Assembly (NCBI GenBank): GCA_020635355.1
Contig: JACJZW010000012.1
Coordinates: forward strand, 40,836-104,835
Source: Flavobacteriales bacterium
GTDB lineage: Bacteria > Bacteroidota > Bacteroidia > NS11-12g > UBA9320
Reading direction: 5' to 3'
DNA: 64,000 bases
How positions within the stretch are numbered: position 1 is the stretch's first letter; the number at the start of each line of letters is the position of its first letter. Positions 39,588 through 47,403 of this stretch are shown piece after piece. The translations under genes and the position numbers were made by a program. The notes beneath the pieces are model-generated. The model was not told the origin of the DNA. It ran no database searches and was given only the letters and a program-made list of their open reading frames with translations.

Positions 39588-41993
39588 TCACAACCTGTTA
39601 CGCATGATCAGAAAACCAACTAACGTCAGGACAATAAGGATGGATATCACCCCAAGGTAATTGAATTTTTTAGGAAGTTGGTAGCCACTGCCGAAGTGGG
39701 TTAACCCCGCCCAAAAGAATGGGTGTTTGTGCCGGTTGGTGATTTCCGGATCTTCGATATACCGACGTTTGGCGTTTTGCAATGCCAATGAACTTTCCTG
39801 ATGATCATGGAGGTTGTTAACAAAGTAATTCGTTAATCGATCCGTTGATAGCTCATTTAACTTCCATAAGGATTGAACCACATTTGTAGAACCGGCTACT
39901 TTAAATGCCCATGCTACACCTGTGATTCCTTCCCCGTTGAATCGCTTGCCTAAACCAACTTCACAAGCCGTGAGCAAGCATAAATTGGATTGAACGGATG
40001 ATTCCATTATTTCATCTACAAAAACCGGTTTGTCGTAGAGGTGAATATATGAAGAACGGTAACTGGAGTCATTGGAGATTCCATGTGTGTGGAGGTGTAG
40101 AATGTTGGTGTTTACATGGGCGGTTAGCAGTTGATGAGAAGTGGCTTCCTGGTTGATGTAGGATTCACCGTTTAATAACCGGGCCGTCGATGTTATCCGA
40201 TTAACGCCCAATTGGAGATTTGGGAGTTTGGTGGAATGGATGTAATCACTGGTGAAACCACAATAGGTAGTAGTGTAATTCGTGATGGAAGAATTTAACC
40301 GTGTGTTTAGTGAAAAATCATAACTAACTGTGCAGCGCCTGATCAAATAGGGCAAATCCCCCCAGTTTTTGCCTGATAAATCCGTTGATAGGGCATCGAA
40401 CTGAATGTATTGCAGGACTCCATCGGGGATAATGATCAGTTTTCTGATGGGTTTATGACCCCTTAAATACGGCTCAACCAGACTTGAAAATAGTTTGTAA
40501 CCAATGCGTTTGTAGTCATTTAACGAGGACGACGGGTTGCTGGCAAGCTGGTGAAATGTTGTGGAAGATTCGGGACTAAAGTCGTTCAATTCATGCATCG
40601 AAACCGAAACATGATCAATGACAAAAACAAAGAGTTGATCACCGTAAATCGAATATTCCAGAATCAATTCACCTTGATTTAAACTGTTCTGTACTTGCTC
40701 AATGTCATGCGAACCAAAATTCTGTGATCCGTCCAATCCAATGTGATGTTCCAAAGAGTCGAGTTGGGACCGGATGTGGGATGAGGAAGTGACATCCCCC
40801 TTATCCCGAAAGTCATAGAGCTGCTTGTTGAGGTCATACCAGAAGGCCAATGTAGGCTCCGGTATGGATGTGTTTTTAAACTTTTTCGAAAGCGATAACC
40901 GTTCGTTCAATACGTTGGATTTGGCGTTATCGGCATAGGTTAATGCTTTCAGAACGTATTTGGTATCTTTACTTTTTAAGAAGAGTGCGTAGGATATCCT
41001 GACACCAAGTTCCAGATTTTCACGTCTGATTTCGTCTATAAAAAACTTGGAGTTGGTGAACTGATATTCGGCGTGAAAATACTGTGCCAGCGATTCGGCC
41101 TTTGTTACCCATTTTAAGGCAAGGTTGTCTTTTTTCAATCGATGGTATACACGTGCCAACAGGTTGTAGGCCGAAAGTAAATAGGCCTCCTTGTAGGAGG
41201 CATCTCCGGCAACGTAAAAATTTAAAAAATCAGTTAGGGTTTCTTCAGCTTTGATCGGTTGGTTGAGATCCAGATACAATTGCGATAAGCGCACCATGGC
41301 GTGCATGCCCTTCCTCGAACCAATTTTCCGTGCATATCCTAGACAATCCAGGTAGGCATCAATGGCCTGTGTACGGTTACCGATACCTTCCAGATAGATC
41401 GCCCGGTTAAATTGATAATACATGGAAAGCTCATCGATTGCCGGATTGGCTGGATTATTCAGTTGTGCCTGTTGCAAGTCAAGGTAGTACTTCGATTTGT
41501 TGTACTGCCCCATGTAGGTATAGGTCGATGAAAATCCGTCATAGAGATCAACCAGACATTCCTGTTGGTGGAACTGTTTAGCCAACTTTATACCGTTTTC
41601 CAGGCTTTGAATGGCAAGTGGATATTCCTGTTGATTTTGATGATACACCGCCCGGTCGATATAGCACCACACCAAGTCGTAGTACGCTTGGGTAGAATCA
41701 TAGTGGAGAGTGAGGTTGGCATTGATTTTTAACGCATTGTCGAAGTCACCAATTCGGGCATAGTCTTGTCCAAGATAATAAGCCACTTTATCAATTATCC
41801 AGTGCTCATTCATGCCTAAGCGGGTTGCTTCCGATAGGCAATAGGTGCGAAATGCGATTCGCTTTGGAATATCAATACCCAGGGAATCCAGTCCCTTGTT
41901 ATAGTGTGATTCGAACGTAACTGAATCAACACCAGTGACGCAGTTTGCTGCGGTAAAACAAAAAGTTATGGCTAGAGCCAGAATTAATCGCAT
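39588..41993 (-). CDS. TPR-CHAT protease with signal peptide and C-terminal transmembrane tail anchor
   Basis: Signal peptide MRLILALAITFCFTAANC, then TPR-like repeats over roughly aa 60-330. The CHAT His/Cys dyad contexts are ILHLHTHG and LLTACEVGLG...GEGITGVAWAF. The C-terminus is LGVISILIVLTLVGFLIMRNRL. Confidence 0.8.
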   Translation of the reverse strand: MRLILALAITFCFTAANCVTGVDSVTFESHYNKGLDSLGIDIPKRIAFRTYCLSEATRLGMNEHWIIDKVAYYLGQDYARIGDFDNALKINANLTLHYDSTQAYYDLVWCYIDRAVYHQNQQEYPLAIQSLENGIKLAKQFHQQECLVDLYDGFSSTYTYMGQYNKSKYYLDLQQAQLNNPANPAIDELSMYYQFNRAIYLEGIGNRTQAIDAYLDCLGYARKIGSRKGMHAMVRLSQLYLDLNQPIKAEETLTDFLNFYVAGDASYKEAYLLSAYNLLARVYHRLKKDNLALKWVTKAESLAQYFHAEYQFTNSKFFIDEIRRENLELGVRISYALFLKSKDTKYVLKALTYADNAKSNVLNERLSLSKKFKNTSIPEPTLAFWYDLNKQLYDFRDKGDVTSSSHIRSQLDSLEHHIGLDGSQNFGSHDIEQVQNSLNQGELILEYSIYGDQLFVFVIDHVSVSMHELNDFSPESSTTFHQLASNPSSSLNDYKRIGYKLFSSLVEPYLRGHKPIRKLIIIPDGVLQYIQFDALSTDLSGKNWGDLPYLIRRCTVSYDFSLNTRLNSSITNYTTTYCGFTSDYIHSTKLPNLQLGVNRITSTARLLNGESYINQEATSHQLLTAHVNTNILHLHTHGISNDSSYRSSYIHLYDKPVFVDEIMESSVQSNLCLLTACEVGLGKRFNGEGITGVAWAFKVAGSTNVVQSLWKLNELSTDRLTNYFVNNLHDHQESSLALQNAKRRYIEDPEITNRHKHPFFWAGLTHFGSGYQLPKKFNYLGVISILIVLTLVGFLIMRNRL

Positions 41994-42021
41994 AAAAAAA
42001 GAGTCCGATAATACGAACTCT
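41994..42021 (-). terminator. intrinsic terminator or attenuator abutting the CHAT start codon
   Basis: The minus strand reads AGAGUUCG-uauuau-CGGACUCU (8 bp, one G-U pair), then UUUUUUU, then directly the ATG at 41993. Confidence 0.5.
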
Positions 42022-42030
42022 TTCTATTTT

Positions 42031-43494
42031 TTACCTCGATCCGAGTTTGGGCTTCCTTTTTCTCAGCAGCCTAAACAGGATAAATCCGACTAGGACACCG
42101 CCAATGAGGGTAAGAACTACCCAAATAATTGGCGGACCAGGAGGTGGCGGAGGAGTTACGGTTTCACAACTTTCCTGGTCACATATTCGATCGGCATATT
42201 TGGATGCCTTTCCCCTGGTGTGATCTTCTAGAAAGCATAATTGATCCCCAATTGGAATAATCATAGGCTGTGTGTAAATGATATTCTCATCATCAAATTT
42301 GATTTCCGCTTTATTACACAGGCAATAACACGTGTCCCGGTTTTCACCTGACATGGAATAGTCGATTGAATTAACAGGGCTGATGCTGGCTTCAAATTCA
42401 ATCCATCCTTTCGTGCTTTCAACCGAATAGTTATTCGGAGATGCCGTACCGTGAAGTAGGGCGCTGGTACCATTACCGCCAATTGTCCATTCATGATAAT
42501 AATTGTTTGACGCAGAGGCTGGTTGATACGATGGTGTCAGGTGATTGAAGTTTGGGGAATAACTGAACGAATTCGGGATCATGGTAAGATACTCGGGTAG
42601 TTTGTCCCGAATCAGAATCTGGGTAGCATCTCCAACATCGGTATTTTGAAAATGAATTCTATATCGGACGCGAGTTTCTTGGGAGAGGGCTGCCGTGGCA
42701 GTGGTGACGTTGATGAAGGGGATGTTGGCCACTTTAAAGTTGGGGTCGTATGGCCCGGCTGTGATGGCAACACTGGTTGAAGAAGGCGGACACTTGATGG
42801 AATCTCCTGTAGTGGTCAATCCACAGGTTGCCAGATCATCGATATTACCTGAGACATCAAATTTGACAATGGCATAGGCATTATTGGATTGCATGGTCCA
42901 CGACTTGTCGAAGGTAAGCTGGTTGGGAGATGACCCTATAGATGAGAATTGATTCGAATATAACAACACAGGATTACTCAACGTTTGAGAGTAGGTGATG
43001 CTGTATGAAACAATGCCTTCCTGTCCGCAGTTGGGCAACGGAACAATCAGGTAAACATCTTTCCCAAATTTGGGTTCAGGGAGGTAGCGTATGGTGTGGT
43101 TGGAAATGGTTACCGGAGGACAATTGGAGGTGCATGCCGGAACATTTAACACCTGACAGTTTACCGAGATGGTTGGTGTAGACTCGGGCTTTTTCCGTGG
43201 TACCAGCACCAGGGTCACATCGTGTGTACCTGAAGTAGCAAAATGAAAAATTGGTTCTTCTTCACTGCTGATGTTACCTTCATCGGTATACCACATGTAC
43301 TCATATCTTTCCGCATTTGGATCGGTGGAGTATTCGTACAGATTTGGAGGGGTGATTTTGAATTGATACCCTCCGTTCATGGGCGTGAATTCAATTGAAG
43401 GAGGAGGTGGTGGTGGATCCCCAAATGAACTGAAGGCGCCGAGAAACATCCCCAGAAATACCAGGTATGTACGGACAAAGAATGATGATTTCAT
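42031..43494 (-). CDS. PKD-like / conserved-repeat envelope protein with C-terminal TM tail anchor
   Basis: The ATG at 43494 gives signal peptide MKSSFFVRTYLVFLGMFLGAFSSFG followed by PPPPPPS. A PKD-like segment (YMWYTDEGN...FATSGTHDVTLVLVP) and a DUF11-like segment (YRIHFQNTDVGDATQILIRDKLPEYL) follow. The C-terminus is PPPPPGPPIIWVVLTLIGGVLVGFILFRLLRKRKPKLGSR. Confidence 0.55.
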   Translation of the reverse strand: MKSSFFVRTYLVFLGMFLGAFSSFGDPPPPPPSIEFTPMNGGYQFKITPPNLYEYSTDPNAERYEYMWYTDEGNISSEEEPIFHFATSGTHDVTLVLVPRKKPESTPTISVNCQVLNVPACTSNCPPVTISNHTIRYLPEPKFGKDVYLIVPLPNCGQEGIVSYSITYSQTLSNPVLLYSNQFSSIGSSPNQLTFDKSWTMQSNNAYAIVKFDVSGNIDDLATCGLTTTGDSIKCPPSSTSVAITAGPYDPNFKVANIPFINVTTATAALSQETRVRYRIHFQNTDVGDATQILIRDKLPEYLTMIPNSFSYSPNFNHLTPSYQPASASNNYYHEWTIGGNGTSALLHGTASPNNYSVESTKGWIEFEASISPVNSIDYSMSGENRDTCYCLCNKAEIKFDDENIIYTQPMIIPIGDQLCFLEDHTRGKASKYADRICDQESCETVTPPPPPGPPIIWVVLTLIGGVLVGFILFRLLRKRKPKLGSR

Positions 43495-43587
43495 ATTTGA
43501 TGTTTTGGTTAAGTAAATAGCGGTAACACTCAAATATAGATAGAATTGCCTGATATTAGGAGAGTTACCAAATAGGTTGCAGAATGA

Positions 43588-45726
43588 TCAGAGTTTAATG
43601 AATTTCATGGACGTTACCTTGGGTCCACTGCTGAACCGGATGATGTATATTCCTTCTGAAAGGGCGTTCACATCAATGCTATGTTGTCCGGAGGGTGCCT
43701 TACCTGATGCGTGAATCACACCCTGAATATCTGTAATCTGAAAGTTGGCCTTCTCGTTCAGGTCCAACAACAGAATGTCCTTTACCGGATTTGGGTAGGC
43801 CTTAATCTGTAATGCCGGAACAGGTTGTTTGATTCCTGAAACCTCCATGGATCGCTTCCAGATACCACAATCGGTACCAGCGTATATGAAATCACCATCA
43901 AAAGCAAAGGAGCGAACATTAATCTGATTGCAGTACCATTGGTTATTCTCATCTTTAAAACCCTGGTTAAAGGTGAACCAGTGTGCACCATTATCCTCCG
44001 ATATCAAAACGCCGGCACCTTCTGTTCCCGCGTACACATGGGCGGCATCATGGGTTATCGCATACACCGGTTTATCCAGAAAGGCGGAGGTACTTGATGT
44101 AACCCAGTTTGCACCGTTGTCCAATGAGTGATATAAAACAGGCAAGCCGGATATATTACCGGCAAAAAGCGCATCGCCGTTTCCATCAATGGTCTGAATA
44201 TAATCTGACGAGGAAACCATGGTGTTGGAGGTAAGGGTCCAGTTGACGTTATCCACGTCGGTTTTCCATACGCCTTCCCCGTACGTTCCAGCATACAGTG
44301 TGTTGCCATCAACAAACAACGACCTGATGTGATTTTCCTGTAATCCGGTGTTGAAGTTGGACCAGGTGGCTGAACTGATGTTGGTCAACGATGAAACATA
44401 GATGCCATCACCTTGTGATCCAATGTAGATTTTATCACTGTATACCGCAAGATCCCGTATGTCTGAAGTGGAATTGAAATTAGTAGGGGTTATGTCTGTC
44501 CAGGATGCCCCCATATCGGCAGATTTGTACACACCTGCGTTAGAACCTCCGGTGCCAATGAACAGATTACCATCATGTGCCACCATTGAATACACCCTAG
44601 GGTTTGTTAATCCACCGTTTCGCTGAGTCCACGAAGCACCTTGATCCGCAGACATATACACTCCACCGTTGGTGGCTCCTGCAAAGATCGTGGTGCCGAT
44701 GGTTTCAAGCGCCCAAATCGAACCGTTTGGTGGTGTGCTGGTTTGAACCCACTGTGTTTGGAGCTCCTCATAACTGACCGATTCCCAGTGATAGGCAAAT
44801 AGTTTTTCCTGATTGTGGTCATACTCTATTCCGTACAAGTTGTCTGAGGTATTGGCCAGACCAACATCAATTTTATTATTCTGGTTTCCGTTTGACATGT
44901 CAAGATGAACCACGGAATATTCTCCCGGGCTTCTGCGGTACAGATAGATAAATTCCTGGTTCACTTCATCAATGGTTCCGCTACCATCAGCGGATGCATC
45001 CGTTGTTCCTGTTCCAATGGTAGTGAAGGCGGCAGTTTCCGGGTTGATCTCGATGAGATGGTATTTCCCGGTACCGTTATCCTGCAGGAATCCGTACAAG
45101 GTACCGGTAGAATTATCGTAATCAATGTGCATGATATTCTGACTGACCGTCCCGGTGGCCAGGGATATGGTTGAGTTGTAGATAATTGTCCCATCCGAAA
45201 CATCGATCGAATAGAGGATGGGAGACGAACCGGAATTAGGAGCGATAAACGTAAACACTTGATTGGTTTCATCAAAGGCGCTTGGGTTTCCAACGTACAC
45301 GGCAGAACTTGGAATTGAATTGCCGATGCGTGCGGTGGATCCATTTACCTGATTGATGGAAACCAGATATTTTACCCCATTCGGATTGTCCTGTTCAAGT
45401 CCATACAACGTGTTGGTTGCATTGCTGTATTGGAAGGTGCTAATGGAAATACCCAACGGAGGGTTGTATTGGGTGCTGCCATCTGAGGTATTCACAGAAT
45501 ACAGTCGTATGCCATCGTCACTGGAGTTTGAACTGTTTAGAATAAATCTTCCATTGTTTTGATCAAAGGTCCGTTCATTGGGATAGATCCAGGTGAGTCC
45601 TTCTACCTTCGGACCCGTTTTGATGATGGTTTCGTTTGCGAGGTCAAATTCAATTACAAATTCGCCTTGTCCAAAAACGGACAAGCTTAACATTAAGCAA
45701 ATTGAGAGTTGAGTGAGCTTTTTCAT
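43588..45726 (-). CDS. Asp-box beta-propeller protein with T9SS type A C-terminal sorting domain
   Basis: Signal peptide and a repetitive N-terminal half (YSVNTSDGST, YSIDVSDGTI, LDMSNGNQ). Asp boxes include SADQGASWTQ, SADMGASWTD, SLDNGANWVT and SEDNGAHWFT. The CTD reads YPNPVKDILLLDL...GIYIIRFSSGPKVTSMKFIKL. Confidence 0.7.
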   Translation of the reverse strand: MKKLTQLSICLMLSLSVFGQGEFVIEFDLANETIIKTGPKVEGLTWIYPNERTFDQNNGRFILNSSNSSDDGIRLYSVNTSDGSTQYNPPLGISISTFQYSNATNTLYGLEQDNPNGVKYLVSINQVNGSTARIGNSIPSSAVYVGNPSAFDETNQVFTFIAPNSGSSPILYSIDVSDGTIIYNSTISLATGTVSQNIMHIDYDNSTGTLYGFLQDNGTGKYHLIEINPETAAFTTIGTGTTDASADGSGTIDEVNQEFIYLYRRSPGEYSVVHLDMSNGNQNNKIDVGLANTSDNLYGIEYDHNQEKLFAYHWESVSYEELQTQWVQTSTPPNGSIWALETIGTTIFAGATNGGVYMSADQGASWTQRNGGLTNPRVYSMVAHDGNLFIGTGGSNAGVYKSADMGASWTDITPTNFNSTSDIRDLAVYSDKIYIGSQGDGIYVSSLTNISSATWSNFNTGLQENHIRSLFVDGNTLYAGTYGEGVWKTDVDNVNWTLTSNTMVSSSDYIQTIDGNGDALFAGNISGLPVLYHSLDNGANWVTSSTSAFLDKPVYAITHDAAHVYAGTEGAGVLISEDNGAHWFTFNQGFKDENNQWYCNQINVRSFAFDGDFIYAGTDCGIWKRSMEVSGIKQPVPALQIKAYPNPVKDILLLDLNEKANFQITDIQGVIHASGKAPSGQHSIDVNALSEGIYIIRFSSGPKVTSMKFIKL

Positions 45727-45771
45727 TGTACCATTTAAAATTGTTATACTGTGCTTTTACTGAATGGTACA
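45727..45771 (-). promoter_or_regulatory. 9-bp perfect inverted repeat abutting the start codon of the 43588-45726 gene
   Basis: TGTACCATT (45727-45735) and AATGGTACA (45763-45771) are separated by a 27 nt spacer. On the mRNA the proximal arm ends at the A of the ATG. Confidence 0.45.
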
Positions 45772-45890
45772 TCTGCAGACAAAAACATAACATGAGTTGT
45801 GTCTTTACGGGTGGCTCGTTGTGCATGAAAGAATTTTTCTCTTACTCCAATGCGCATTAATTTGTTAGAAATTTTTGTTCTGAAGTACAA

Positions 45891-46475
45891 ATGTTCAGGA
45901 AGCGGCAGAAAATAGATGATGACACGCTGGTGTCATGGATTCGGATTGGTGAATCACGCTTGAACGATGCCACAAGGCAACTTATACTTGAGTACGGACC
46001 TAAGGTGAAATCCTATCTTGAGAAACTCAGTAACAGTCGGGAAGAATCCGAAGATGCCTTCTATGAAGGACTGGCTGCGTTACTGTTAAATGTTCGTAAC
46101 GGAACGTACAAAGGACAAAGTAGTCTGGGGACCTACCTAACCTCTATTTGTAAGGGTATTTGGTTTAAAAAGTATAAGCGAATGATGGTACATCAGAAGT
46201 GGGAGGAATCCGAAATGGCAGAAGGTCAGGTGATTTATACAGAAACGGTCTTGACAAAGGAACTTCGTCATAATCTGGAATTTCTGTTGGATGGACTGAA
46301 GGATAAATGCAGAGAAGTCCTGAACTTGTGGGCTTACAGTTACTCTATGTCGGAAATCGCCCAAATGCTTGCATACAGCAGTCCACAAGTTGTCATGAAT
46401 AAAAAAAACTTGTGTCTGAAGGAGTTGAGAAAAATCCTTGCTGACAATCCTAAAGTGGCCGAACTTTTTGACTAA
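45891..46475 (+). CDS. ECF-type sigma-70 family RNA polymerase sigma factor
   Basis: 194 aa. Region 2-like EDAFYEGLAALLLNV...LGTYLTSICKGIWFKKYKR and region 4 HTH CREVLNLWAYSYSMSEIAQMLAYSSPQVVMNKKNLCLKELRKIL. Confidence 0.8.
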   Translation: MFRKRQKIDDDTLVSWIRIGESRLNDATRQLILEYGPKVKSYLEKLSNSREESEDAFYEGLAALLLNVRNGTYKGQSSLGTYLTSICKGIWFKKYKRMMVHQKWEESEMAEGQVIYTETVLTKELRHNLEFLLDGLKDKCREVLNLWAYSYSMSEIAQMLAYSSPQVVMNKKNLCLKELRKILADNPKVAELFD

Positions 46476-47203
46476 TGGAAGAACGCTGGACACAACTAAT
46501 TGAACGTTTTTTCGACAACGCATTAAGCGATGCCGATGCGATTGAGTTTGATCAACTTTTCGAAAATGATGAAGCATTTAAGAAAGAGGTCCTGCTAACC
46601 GAGCGTGCCATAAAGGTCACAAAACTCAATGCTCAAAAAGAACTCACTGATAAAATTCGAGCCTTGGATCATTCACTTCGGTCACGATCCGGAACTTCAT
46701 GGATACGCGCAGCAGTGGCAGTGATTATAGTTGGATTCGTTGGTCTGGTGTTTTATGCTCAACGGTTTAACAATGACAACCTTTATAGTAGCAGTTTTTC
46801 ACCGTTAGCTGATGAAATTACCAATTTAGACGACTCAATCACGGATTTGGAACAGGCCATTTCGTTTTATAACCTTTTCGATTACAATGAAGCAGCATAT
46901 CGGTTTAAGTCTATTATGGATACTGATCCGGATAATCAAACGGCTGCTTTTTATTATGGCAATTGTTTGTTGCTCATGGATGATTATCAAAATGCGCTTG
47001 GAGTTTTCGAATCATTAAATGACATGTATTATTGGGAGGGGCAATGGTATCTGGCTTTAACCTATTTGAAGTTGAACCAGGAAGATAAGACGAAAGAAAT
47101 TTTAAGTCGAATTGTTCGTGAGTCAGATGATGAGGCCATCATCAACCGTGCATCTCATCTTCAAAAATCCCTAAATAGCCCGCTTAGAAAGTTAGCCTTC
47201 TGA
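46475..47203 (+). CDS. putative anti-sigma factor: cytoplasmic N-domain, one TM, periplasmic TPR domain
   Basis: Its start overlaps the sigma gene stop (TAATG). TM helix WIRAAVAVIIVGFVGLVFYA, then TPR-like repeats (YNLFDYNEAAYRF, FYYGNCLLLMDDYQNALGVF, WYLALTYLKLNQEDKTKEIL). Confidence 0.6.
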   Translation: MEERWTQLIERFFDNALSDADAIEFDQLFENDEAFKKEVLLTERAIKVTKLNAQKELTDKIRALDHSLRSRSGTSWIRAAVAVIIVGFVGLVFYAQRFNNDNLYSSSFSPLADEITNLDDSITDLEQAISFYNLFDYNEAAYRFKSIMDTDPDNQTAAFYYGNCLLLMDDYQNALGVFESLNDMYYWEGQWYLALTYLKLNQEDKTKEILSRIVRESDDEAIINRASHLQKSLNSPLRKLAF

Positions 47204-47318
47204 GCCTTTGCTCATTGGCAATTATTTTGATTTCCAGGATTTTTCCCGGCCTTGACGCACTGCCCTCCGTGTTGACCCGATATCCATTTTTAATTTTCAT
47301 GTTAGGTTTTGGTAAACC

Positions 47319-47403
47319 AATGGTACAAAGCTGTAAAAACCATTCAAATCAGGAGTAAATCCTCAGTACTCAGATTGAATGAAGAACAACTTAAAGTACC
47401 ATT
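47319..47403 (+). promoter_or_regulatory. 8-bp inverted repeat of the same word abutting the start codon of the 47404-49440 gene
   Basis: AATGGTAC(A) at 47319-47327 and GTACCATT at 47396-47403 are separated by a 68 nt spacer. The proximal arm ends one base before the ATG at 47404. Confidence 0.45.
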
